Position numbers and translations under genes: made by a program. This document shows, in pieces, positions 9,552 through 18,350 of a stretch of DNA of 64,000 bases. The stretch covers positions 14,243 through 78,242 of the forward strand of contig BTVY01000033.1 of NCBI GenBank assembly GCA_045863335.1, in the 5' to 3' direction. The notes beneath the pieces are model-generated. The model searched no databases. It was not told where the DNA came from and saw nothing but the letters and a program-made list of their open reading frames with translations. Position 1 is the first letter of the stretch; every line of letters begins with the position of its first letter. Source of the DNA: Candidatus Hydrogenedentota bacterium (GTDB lineage Bacteria > Hydrogenedentota > Hydrogenedentia > Hydrogenedentales > SLHB01).

Positions 9552-11348
9552 TTATGGGGCCGATTGATTCTGATTTCCAGTGTCAGCGGCGGCGCGAGAA
9601 TATCGATCGGCCACGGCCTCGATCTCGACGTCGTGATTCGACGCGAGGCCCTTCAGCGCGCGTTCAATCTCGCCGAAGGCGTGTGTGCAGTACAGTTTTC
9701 CCGCCGCCAGGTCGCACTCGTACGACTCGCGTTGCGAGGCCGTCGCGTCTAAACGGCTTATCACCGCCGCGCTCGTGTACAGGGCAATAGCAATCGTCGC
9801 GAGCCGGTCGCAGTCCAATTGCCGTTCGACGACGTTTTCCTTGTGACGGACGATCTGACGCAACACGGCGAAGCCAAACCGGCGTACATAACGCGCGAGT
9901 TGGGTCCCCTCGCGTTGGAGTTTTGGAGAGTCTACGGGAACTGCTGGTCGCTGAAGTGCGCGGCGCATGAGCGTCGTCCCGAATCGCATGGCGGGTCCCA
10001 CCGCCGACCAAGGCCGGCTCATGGCGTCGGCGATTCCCTTCAACTGCATGGCAGGGTCGCGCAACCCGACGACACCGATGAAGGCGCGAAGCACTTCGTT
10101 CGATCCTTCGCCGATGGTGTTGAGCCGGGCGTCGCGCATCATCCGCTCGTAGGGGCGGTCGGTGAAGAAGCTTCGTCCGCCGAAGATCTGCATCGTGTCG
10201 TAGCAGATTCTCCATTGGCATTCGCTCGCGAAGACCTTGAGAATCGCGGTCTCCAACATGAAATCGTCTTCACCGCGATCCAGCAGGCCCGCGGTCAGAT
10301 ACGTGGCGGCGTCCATGGCGTAAGTCAGTGCCGCCATCATCGCCAGTTTTTCTTTCACGAGACCGAAGGACGCCAGCGGACGCTCGAATTGAAACCGTGA
10401 ATTCGCGTGCGCGATAGCGTCCGCCAACATGACCTTACAATTGCCGGTGCAGCCGGCGCCGAAGGTGGTGCGTCCGAAATCCAGGACCGTCAGTGCGACT
10501 TTTAGACCGCTCCCCTTGGGGCCCAGAATATTCGCGCTCGGCACCGCCATATCGGTGAACTCGAGTTTGGCTGTCTTGGTGCCGCGCATCCCAACCTTTT
10601 CGAGCGCTGCGTCCGTTACACGGAAGCCCGGCATATCCGGGGTGACCAGAAACGCGGTGACCCGATCCTCCGGTCCCCGCGGGGTCTCGACCTCGGTCTG
10701 CGCCATGACCGTCAGGATGCCCGCGATACCCCCGTTCGTAATCCACTGCTTCTTGCCGTTCAAGACGTAGACGTCGCGGGCGGCATCATAGACGGCGCGT
10801 GTCTCGATGCCTGCGGCATCCGAACCCGCGTTCGGTTCGGTCAGGGCGAACGCGGCGAGCACTTCGCCACGGGCAAGCGGAGGAAGCCACCGTTCCTGTT
10901 GTTCTTTCGTGCCGAACAGGAGCAAGGCCTTCATGCCGATGCTCTGATGCGCGTTTACGAACAGCGCCGTGGATGCGCAACGCCGCGCGATCTCTTCCAC
11001 CGTGCGGCAATACCCGAACTGGGATAGGGACAAGCCGCCGAAATCCTTCGGTATCGTGCTGCCCAGGATTCCCAATCCGCCAAGCCCTTCGATGATCTGA
11101 TCCGGAATTGATGCTTCCCGGTCAATGGCGACCGGATCGAGCGCTTCGTCTGCCCAAGTGTTGAGTTGCTGAGTCAGGGTTTCGACGCGCGACCGTTCCG
11201 CGTCGTCTGGTAGTGGGAAAGGCATGACTCGGGATGCGTCAAAGACTCCGTGGTAGAGCGCTTTTGCAAAACTAGGAAGACGCTGGCCCGAGAAGAGCAG
11301 CTCTTCCGCCATTCGCATTTGCTTCTCTTGGGTACGATCCATTTGCAT
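9552..11348 (-). CDS. Acyl-CoA dehydrogenase (long, VLCAD/ACAD9-like)
   Basis: FALTEPNAGSD, NGKKQWITNG, QIFGG, RDARLNTIGEGSNE; long C-terminal extension. Confidence 0.92.
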   Translation of the reverse strand: MQMDRTQEKQMRMAEELLFSGQRLPSFAKALYHGVFDASRVMPFPLPDDAERSRVETLTQQLNTWADEALDPVAIDREASIPDQIIEGLGGLGILGSTIPKDFGGLSLSQFGYCRTVEEIARRCASTALFVNAHQSIGMKALLLFGTKEQQERWLPPLARGEVLAAFALTEPNAGSDAAGIETRAVYDAARDVYVLNGKKQWITNGGIAGILTVMAQTEVETPRGPEDRVTAFLVTPDMPGFRVTDAALEKVGMRGTKTAKLEFTDMAVPSANILGPKGSGLKVALTVLDFGRTTFGAGCTGNCKVMLADAIAHANSRFQFERPLASFGLVKEKLAMMAALTYAMDAATYLTAGLLDRGEDDFMLETAILKVFASECQWRICYDTMQIFGGRSFFTDRPYERMMRDARLNTIGEGSNEVLRAFIGVVGLRDPAMQLKGIADAMSRPWSAVGPAMRFGTTLMRRALQRPAVPVDSPKLQREGTQLARYVRRFGFAVLRQIVRHKENVVERQLDCDRLATIAIALYTSAAVISRLDATASQRESYECDLAAGKLYCTHAFGEIERALKGLASNHDVEIEAVADRYSRAAADTGNQNQSAP

Positions 11349-11604
11349 GGCAGATGACCTTTGGCTCCAGAGCGGCTTGCAGTTGCCCGACGCCACGGAA
11401 CAATACACTCCCAAGGCAAGCGGCTGTCAACCACCGAGAATTCTGCTGTTCCGATTCTGGGACCCGATCCTGGCGCTCAACACGAACGCGAGCGCCGGGA
11501 TAGCAGCAAGTCCGAATTCTCGAGCCGCGTTTCGGTTGGTTACCCATCAAGAGCCGGACTTCGCGCGGGGATTCGTGGGTTGGCGATTGGAATGCAATTA
11601 CCCG

Positions 11605-11613
11605 TGGTATAAT
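11605..11613 (+). promoter_or_regulatory. Extended -10 promoter element upstream of ftsK
   Basis: TGGTATAAT is a perfect TGnTATAAT in an AT-rich intergenic region. Confidence 0.6.
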
Positions 11614-11649
11614 TGATTTACATGCGGTATTTTTGGTGCAAATAGTCAA

Positions 11650-11779
11650 TCGCAAGATATGGTAGTGGTTATTTGGAGTGTCATGCTGGGTATACGATAG
11701 GCTGAGGTCATTGATGAGAGAGGCACAATATTTTGTTGCACAAAATCTGGTTATTTGCTACAATCGCGATATGTTGAGG
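11650..11779. promoter_or_regulatory. Cluster of four NrdR-box-like 16-mers upstream of ftsK
   Basis: tcgCaAgATaTgGtag (11650), gcaCaAtATtTtGttg (11723), gcaCaAaATcTgGtta (11738), tcgCgAtATgTtGagg (11764) versus consensus acaCwAtATaTwGtgt. Confidence 0.5.
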
Positions 11780-11823
11780 CATCCGGCAGTGTTGCGAGCC
11801 GACTAAGGGCGAACGGGGACTTC

Positions 11824-14361
11824 ATGGACTATCGAGCACGCAGAAGCGAAATTCTTGGCCTCATTCTTATTGCTATCACTATACTGCTTTTTCTTGCTCT
11901 AGTCACCGATGGCTATCAAAGCGACGTACGGCGTCCTCTCGACGGGATGTCAGAGGCCCCGAACGTGCTCGGCAGGCCCGGTGCTACGGTCGCTGGAATT
12001 CTAAGCCTGCTCTTGGGCGGCGGCGCGCACTGCCTCTATTTCATCACCGGTGTGTGGGGTTGCCTCCTGTTGCGTCACCGGCCACTTGACCGGATCGCAA
12101 GCCGCATGGGGGGCGCGCTCGTGCTGACCTTCGCCATGTCCGCGCTGCTCCATATTGATATGGCCGCCAATGAGGACGGTGATCATTTCGGGGGCATCAT
12201 TGGCGGGTTCTTTGGCACCTTCTTCCTGGAACAATTTGGCGTAGTCGGCGCGAACGTGGTGTGCATCACGTTCGTCCTGATTGGAACGCTGCTTTCCACC
12301 GAGTTGCTGCTCATTCGCGCACTGGCCAAAGCGCGGGTCGTGACGCTGTGGTTACTCCACGCGACGTCCGTCGCTTTGTCGCATCTTGGAGCCGCGATCA
12401 AGAATACCCGTGGCCGCCGACCCTGGGCGGCGCATCTCGAGCCGGAACCGCTGAACCTTGAACCGGAAGGCCCGGAACTCCTGGAACAGATTGAAGCAGC
12501 CGAATCGGAAGTTTATCCGCGGCTCGAACGGGAGCCTCTAGTTCCACAGCAGTTGCCGCTGAGTTCTGGATACGATAACGCGGAGCCGCCTTCGCCGTTC
12601 CGAGACGACTCGCCGATCCGCATTCACACCGGGTTGCGGAATACCGCGCCGTTCGACGAGGACGACACACTCGAGTCGTTGACCGAGCCGGCGGACGAAG
12701 CGGAAGAGCGCGACGATCCGGCGGCGCGGCTGGCCGAAGCCGAGGCGCAGGCCTTGGAACATATTGCCAAGGAGGGTTCGCTGCGAGCGACGCCCAACTT
12801 GCCCGCGCGTGCGAAGTCGGCTCCTTTGCCACGCCGCAAGACGATTGAAGACGAATTGCCGGAGAATTATGTCTATCCGAAGCGATATATGCGGCCATCC
12901 CTCGACCTTTTCGACCCGGCCGACGAGCCTGAGGTAGAGGATTGGAGCGAACATCTGCTCGCCACGAGCGCGTTGTTGGAAGACACGCTCAAGACCTTCG
13001 GCATTGAAGCCCGGGTAACGGACGTGACACGGGGTCCGACAATTACCCGGTATGAACTCGAGCCTGCGCCCGGCATCAAGGTCAGCCGTTTCGCATCGCT
13101 TGCCGACGACATCGCGCTCGCCTTGAAAGCCCATCGCGTTCGCGTGGAGGCGCCGATTCCCGGTAAAGGGCGCGTCGGCATCGAGGTACCCAACAAGTAC
13201 CGCGAGTCGGTGGTGATTCGCGAGCTGCTGGAGTCGCGCACGTTTTCCCGCTCCAAGATGTGTCTTCCGCTTACGCTGGGCAAGGACATCGCGGGCGATG
13301 TGATGGTGGCCGATTTGGCGACCATGCCGCACCTACTCGTCGCCGGGGCGACTGGTGCGGGAAAGACGGTCTGTGTGAAGACGCTTCTCGCGAGCCTCCT
13401 GTGCTCGCGCACTCCCGATGAGTTGCAGTTGATGTTGATCGACCCGAAGATGGTCGAGCTGTCAATCTTCAACGATATCCCGCACCTGATCACGCCTGTC
13501 GTAATCGACCCGAAAAAAGCCGCGTCGGCCCTCAATTGGCTCATCGTCGAGATGGAGGAACGCTACCGGCTCTTCGCGCATCTGCGCGTGCGCAACATTG
13601 AAGTCTACAATCAGAGCGTGGAAAACGGCGAGATCGAAATGGTCGCCGAGGATGGAGAAGAAGGGGAAGAGAATAGCGAGTCCGTCGATGCCATTCGCAA
13701 GCTCCCCTATATCGTCTGCATCATCGACGAGTTGGCCGATCTCATGATGCTCGCGCGGGCGGAAGTCGAAGACGCGATCGCGAGGCTGGCGCAGTTGGCT
13801 CGCGCAGTAGGTATCCATCTCGTGATCGCCACGCAGCGCCCGTCCGTGGACGTGTTGACGGGCGTTATCAAGGCCAATTTCCCCTGCCGGATTTCCTTCC
13901 AGGTGTCCTCGCGCGTCGATAGCCGCTGCATTTTGGACGAAATCGGCGCGGAACGCCTGATCGGCAAGGGCGACATGCTGTATCTGCCGGCCGGTCAATC
14001 GAAACCCAACCGGATCCAGGGGGCCTTCGTCAGCGACGGCGAAATGAACGGGCTGATTGCGTACCTGAAAACTCAGGCGCCACCGCAGTATCGCGATGAA
14101 ATCGCGAATTTCGGGAAATCCAAAGATTCTCTGGAAGAAATAGGGGATCAAGACGACGATTTGTTCGACGATGCCGTACGGGTTGTGTTGGAAACTGGGC
14201 AGGCATCAATTTCTATGGTGCAAAGACGGCTCCGAGTAGGGTATACTAGAGCTGCGCGATTGATAGACATGATGGAAATGCGGGGAATCGTGGGACCACA
14301 TAGCGGGAGTAAGGCACGAGAAATTCTTGTCAGTGTCGCTCCGAACGACGAGGTTGCATGA
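11824..14361 (+). CDS. ftsK: DNA translocase FtsK
   Basis: N-terminal TM helices, GPTITRYE, Walker A GATGAGKT, IIDELADLM, ATQRPSVD, gamma domain QRRLRVGYTRAARLID. Confidence 0.97.
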   Translation: MDYRARRSEILGLILIAITILLFLALVTDGYQSDVRRPLDGMSEAPNVLGRPGATVAGILSLLLGGGAHCLYFITGVWGCLLLRHRPLDRIASRMGGALVLTFAMSALLHIDMAANEDGDHFGGIIGGFFGTFFLEQFGVVGANVVCITFVLIGTLLSTELLLIRALAKARVVTLWLLHATSVALSHLGAAIKNTRGRRPWAAHLEPEPLNLEPEGPELLEQIEAAESEVYPRLEREPLVPQQLPLSSGYDNAEPPSPFRDDSPIRIHTGLRNTAPFDEDDTLESLTEPADEAEERDDPAARLAEAEAQALEHIAKEGSLRATPNLPARAKSAPLPRRKTIEDELPENYVYPKRYMRPSLDLFDPADEPEVEDWSEHLLATSALLEDTLKTFGIEARVTDVTRGPTITRYELEPAPGIKVSRFASLADDIALALKAHRVRVEAPIPGKGRVGIEVPNKYRESVVIRELLESRTFSRSKMCLPLTLGKDIAGDVMVADLATMPHLLVAGATGAGKTVCVKTLLASLLCSRTPDELQLMLIDPKMVELSIFNDIPHLITPVVIDPKKAASALNWLIVEMEERYRLFAHLRVRNIEVYNQSVENGEIEMVAEDGEEGEENSESVDAIRKLPYIVCIIDELADLMMLARAEVEDAIARLAQLARAVGIHLVIATQRPSVDVLTGVIKANFPCRISFQVSSRVDSRCILDEIGAERLIGKGDMLYLPAGQSKPNRIQGAFVSDGEMNGLIAYLKTQAPPQYRDEIANFGKSKDSLEEIGDQDDDLFDDAVRVVLETGQASISMVQRRLRVGYTRAARLIDMMEMRGIVGPHSGSKAREILVSVAPNDEVA

Positions 14362-14822
14362 ACGAGTCGACCTTTCCCGGATCAGAGCTACGCGCGCGCC
14401 GAGAGGAGTTGGGGTATTCCGTAGACGACGTCTACCGGAAGATCCGAGTGCCCATCCATGTCATCCAGTCCTTGGAGACGGGAGATGTGCACGGGTTGCC
14501 GTCGGCGTGCTATACTGTAGGGTTTTTAAAGACGTACTGCCAATTTCTTGGAATTGGCCCCAATCGGTTTGTCGATACGTATCAGGCTTGCATACGGCCC
14601 ACGACCCGGTTTCTGCGCCGGACGCCGGCGCCGGTCAAGAGTGCGCCGCGTCCCAAGTGGGTAAGCGAACTTGTTGCGTGGGGGACAGTGTGCCTGGTGC
14701 TGGGGCTATGCTGGTTCGCCTATGCCGTGGTGGTCCGGCCGAACTCGAACCCGGCGGACCAGCGGGCGCTCGCCGGCACGACCGAGGAGCTTCACGTTCC
14801 AGAAACGGTCGCCTCCGAGTAA
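14358..14822 (+). CDS. rodZ: RodZ-like HTH membrane protein (short form)
   Basis: ELRARREELG..LETGD..GFLKTYCQFLG HTH plus one TM helix; position after ftsK; ATGA overlap. Confidence 0.75.
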   Translation: MNESTFPGSELRARREELGYSVDDVYRKIRVPIHVIQSLETGDVHGLPSACYTVGFLKTYCQFLGIGPNRFVDTYQACIRPTTRFLRRTPAPVKSAPRPKWVSELVAWGTVCLVLGLCWFAYAVVVRPNSNPADQRALAGTTEELHVPETVASE

Positions 14823-14952
14823 CGGTCAGGACCTCTGGGCATGCGTAAGGGTGCGCCGGGCCGTTCCCACTCCATCAGTCTCCTCTTTCAATCCGGCGTA
14901 GTCTCCTGACGCTTTCCGTTTACGTAACCGACATGCAACCCACTCGCGCATC

Positions 14953-14961
14953 TGGTATGAT
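14953..14961 (+). promoter_or_regulatory. Extended -10 element upstream of pgsA
   Basis: TGGTATGAT in the rodZ-pgsA gap. Confidence 0.45.
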
Positions 14962-15090
14962 CGAGTTTGCGTTTGGTGTTTTACCAAGTGCGGCTCTTCC
15001 GTGTGAGTTCAGGAATCGGGAGTAGACCCCATCGTTACGCAAGCAACAGAGCAAACGGGTGCGACCGGTCACGCGCGTCGCGCGCTGAAC

Positions 15091-15705
15091 TTGCCCAATC
15101 AGCTCACTCTCGCGCGCGTGGTCATGGTTCCGATCTTCGTCGCCCTCTTGTCGTATCACCATTGGGTCGCGTTCGCGATTGGATATCTCGTATTTGCCGC
15201 GGCCGCGATCACCGATTACTACGATGGGAAAATCGCCCGCGCGCGAAACCTCGTGACCAACTTCGGAAAGTTGCTCGATCCCGTGGCCGACAAGGTCCTG
15301 CTCGCCGCCGGATTCGTCATGATGATGACGATCCCCTCGGCGGCGTCTCCGGACGGACCGGCGCTTCATATCCCCGGATGGACGGTTGTTGCCATCCTCG
15401 CCCGGGAGTTCGTGGTGACCGGTGTCCGGTCACTGTCGGCAAGTGAAGGCGTGGTGATTGCCGCGAACAATTACGGCAAAGCGAAGGCCGTGATTCAGAT
15501 GGTGTACGTGTTCGTGTTCCTTTTTTTCACCGTCGCGGAACATGCGGTTGTCGCCTGGTCGCCGGCGTCAGCTTCAACGTACCACAGCTACTTGTACGCG
15601 ATTTCATACTGGGCCATCGTTGCCGTGGCCACGTACACCGTGTATTCCGGCGCCCAGTTTCTTCGCGCCAACTGGAAGCAATTGCATTTGGGAAGTTCCG
15701 CATGA
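15091..15705 (+). CDS. pgsA: CDP-diacylglycerol--glycerol-3-phosphate phosphatidyltransferase (start codon uncertain)
   Basis: NLPNQLTLAR and TDYYDGKIAR..GKLLDPVADK CDP-alcohol phosphotransferase motif. Confidence 0.93.
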   Translation: MPNQLTLARVVMVPIFVALLSYHHWVAFAIGYLVFAAAAITDYYDGKIARARNLVTNFGKLLDPVADKVLLAAGFVMMMTIPSAASPDGPALHIPGWTVVAILAREFVVTGVRSLSASEGVVIAANNYGKAKAVIQMVYVFVFLFFTVAEHAVVAWSPASASTYHSYLYAISYWAIVAVATYTVYSGAQFLRANWKQLHLGSSA

Positions 15706-16838
15706 AGGTGCCGTCTTCGTCCCGCGCGTATATCGATCTCAATGCCTACGGGAGGAATCTGGGCGTCGTACGTTCCATGATCCCCAAAGAGTGCGGCATC
15801 ATCGCCGTCGTGAAAGGGAATGCCTACGGTCACGGCGCCGTGCCGATCGCGCGTCGCGCCGTCGTGGAAGGCGCGGAAATGCTCGGCGTTGCGACCGTCA
15901 AGGAAGCGGTGGAACTGCGCGCCGCGGGGATCGATGCGCCCATTCTCGTACTCGTTCAGCCAGCCGAAGACGTGCTGTCCGCAGCCGTCGAGTACGACTT
16001 GCGTCTGACCATTTCCGACGTCGCGGTTGCCGAGCGGGTGGGGGAGCTCGCGCGCCGTGCCAACCGGGTCGTGCCCCTTCACTGCAAGATCGACACTGGC
16101 ATGGGCCGCCAGGGATTCTCCATGGATGACGCTGTCTCGGAAATGATGCGGCTCACCAGAATTTCGCACATCGACATCGAAGGCGTGTGCACCCACTTTT
16201 CTATTGCCGAGAACGGGCGAGACCCCTTCACGGCGAATCAGGTTCGCCAGTTTCGCCAGGTGCTCAAGCTGATCGAGAAAGAGGGCATCCCCTACGAGAT
16301 GACCCACGCCGCGAATAGTGCGGCAGTCGTCGGACATCCCGCCGCAGCCCTCGACATGGTGCGGCCGGGGCTCATGACTTACGGCGTGTGGCCAACCGAT
16401 TCGCCTCCTGCCGAGTCGCCGCTACGGCCGGTCCTGCGCTGGGAAACGCAGGTCATCCTCGTGAAGGACATCAACAAGGGCGATTCGGTTGGGTACGGGC
16501 GCACGTTCACCGCTGGTGACGCAATCCGGGTGGCCGTGATTCCCGTGGGCTATGCCGATGGATACAAGCATAGTCTGTCCAATCGAGCGTCCGTGCTGAT
16601 CCGGGGGAAACGGTGCGCGGTACGTGGCCGCATTTCCATGGACCAGACGGTCGTCGAAGTGACGCAGGTGCCCGGCATCAGCGTCGGTGATACCGTTACG
16701 CTCATTGGAACTGACGGCCGAGAATCGATCACGGCGGAGGAACTGGCCGAACGTGGGGGCACGATCCCCTACGAAATCCTCACCGGCATCAGCCCACGAG
16801 TCGAACGCGAATACGTCGACGATGCCTCCGAGTCATGA
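15702..16838 (+). CDS. alr: Alanine racemase
   Basis: AVVKGNAYGHG (PLP lysine), KIDTGMGR, VGYG, GRISMDQ, TIPYE. Confidence 0.96.
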   Translation: MKVPSSSRAYIDLNAYGRNLGVVRSMIPKECGIIAVVKGNAYGHGAVPIARRAVVEGAEMLGVATVKEAVELRAAGIDAPILVLVQPAEDVLSAAVEYDLRLTISDVAVAERVGELARRANRVVPLHCKIDTGMGRQGFSMDDAVSEMMRLTRISHIDIEGVCTHFSIAENGRDPFTANQVRQFRQVLKLIEKEGIPYEMTHAANSAAVVGHPAAALDMVRPGLMTYGVWPTDSPPAESPLRPVLRWETQVILVKDINKGDSVGYGRTFTAGDAIRVAVIPVGYADGYKHSLSNRASVLIRGKRCAVRGRISMDQTVVEVTQVPGISVGDTVTLIGTDGRESITAEELAERGGTIPYEILTGISPRVEREYVDDASES

Positions 16839-17356
16839 GCATCTACCTCATCGACGGGTACAACGTCATTCACAAATGCCCCCAGCTACGACCGCTAACG
16901 CAGACGAATTTCGAGGCGTCGCGGGATAGTCTTATCGACCGCGTGGCGCGGTACTGCAGTCTGACCAGCCATCATGCCAAGATTGTTTTCGACGGTCGCG
17001 GCCGTCGCCAGGAACCGTCGCTTCCCGAGTGCGGAACGGCGAACGTCGAGATCATCTTCTCGCCCGGCCACCATACGGCCGACACGCTTATCGAGCGGAT
17101 CGTCTATGACGCCCGCAATCGCCGCGATTACGTGGTCGTGAGCGGCGACCGCGGCATCCGCAACCTGGTCGGCGGGCTCGGCGGGCTTACCATGATCCCC
17201 GCCAGCTTTCTCACGGAGATCGATCAGGCCCTCGAAAGCGCCAGCAGCGCGCTCCGCAACCAGACCCGCCAGCACCGCGCCAGCCACCTTGAAGACCGGC
17301 TGAGCGGGGACTCGCTGGAACGACTGAAAAGGCTGAAGGGGAAGTTGAAGGATTAG
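16835..17356 (+). CDS. NYN domain protein (YacP/Rae1-like)
   Basis: LIDGYNVI, VFDG, TADTLIE, VVSGD. Confidence 0.85.
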   Translation: MSIYLIDGYNVIHKCPQLRPLTQTNFEASRDSLIDRVARYCSLTSHHAKIVFDGRGRRQEPSLPECGTANVEIIFSPGHHTADTLIERIVYDARNRRDYVVVSGDRGIRNLVGGLGGLTMIPASFLTEIDQALESASSALRNQTRQHRASHLEDRLSGDSLERLKRLKGKLKD

Positions 17357-18201
17357 TCCGGACGGAGTGTGGTCCCGGTGGTGTTCTCGTCGTCGCTGTC
17401 CTTGCGCGGGGATTCGGCCGGGTCGCCTGACGAATTGACGAGATTGGTTAGATATACGCACAGACCGAAAATCGCCACGCCGGTTGCTATGTTTCCTGCT
17501 GCACCGAGCGCGAACAACGATGAAATCAAATCCCACCCGGCGTGGATCAGCGATGCGGCGAGGATGCCTCCGAAGTATTCGCGGACGAATCCGAAGACCA
17601 ATCCCGCAATTCCCGTCATGAACAAAGCGGTGATATCGAACTGAACTTGTCCCGTCAGCGGATTGAATGGATTCAGCAGATGGCCGATTCCAAACAACGC
17701 GGCGGTGATGAACACTCCCCAGCCGAAGCGCAGATTGCCCCAGCTTAACGGCCGGCCGAGCGCCCGGTTCAGTTCCCCCTGGAAGAAACCGCGAAAGAGA
17801 AATTCCTCTCCGAATCCGGATAGCACGATCTGAAAGAATACTGTCGACACCACGAATCCCATGGACGTGTGCTTCAGACGCAGTTGGCCAAACACGCCTT
17901 CGCCGAGGAGCGGCGCGGCGACCAGCACGAGAAAAGCAACGCCGCCCACGACCAACTCCCGCGAGACGTTGTTTGAACGCAGGCCGTACTCGCCTGGAGT
18001 CCGCCGGGCCAACGCCATCATCACGATTGGCAGGATGAGAAAGGCGACGTGCGAGGCGTAGTTCCAGTGAAGCGTCCGTTGCCACTGGCCCAGTGGGGTT
18101 GAGGGCAGCACCCACATGAACACCAGAATACCGGCGAAGGCGCCGAGTACGAGCGTCGCGGAAATAAAGGGACTCCCTTTTGTCTCATCGCAGTGGTTCA
18201 T
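17353..18201 (-). CDS. CPBP (Abi/CAAX) intramembrane metalloprotease
   Basis: EEFLFRG, LFGIGH, LIHAGWD; multiple TM helices. Confidence 0.9.
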   Translation of the reverse strand: MNHCDETKGSPFISATLVLGAFAGILVFMWVLPSTPLGQWQRTLHWNYASHVAFLILPIVMMALARRTPGEYGLRSNNVSRELVVGGVAFLVLVAAPLLGEGVFGQLRLKHTSMGFVVSTVFFQIVLSGFGEEFLFRGFFQGELNRALGRPLSWGNLRFGWGVFITAALFGIGHLLNPFNPLTGQVQFDITALFMTGIAGLVFGFVREYFGGILAASLIHAGWDLISSLFALGAAGNIATGVAIFGLCVYLTNLVNSSGDPAESPRKDSDDENTTGTTLRPD

Positions 18202-18350
18202 GCGGTTGCCCTGGACCCGTTTAATATCGTGAGTATGCGGTTCAACGACCCTTGCTTCAAGGAGGTGGCGTCGAATGCGGACTTCGCGATATGCTCCCCG
18301 CCGTGGGTCTTCGGCAGAGGCGGGTGACGATTCTATTCGGAGGGTTTTGC

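Noticed and set aside
11421-11430. TTGACAGCCG on the minus strand, identical to 21281-21290
   Set aside because: Mostly the -35 consensus; four extra matching bases are not significant.
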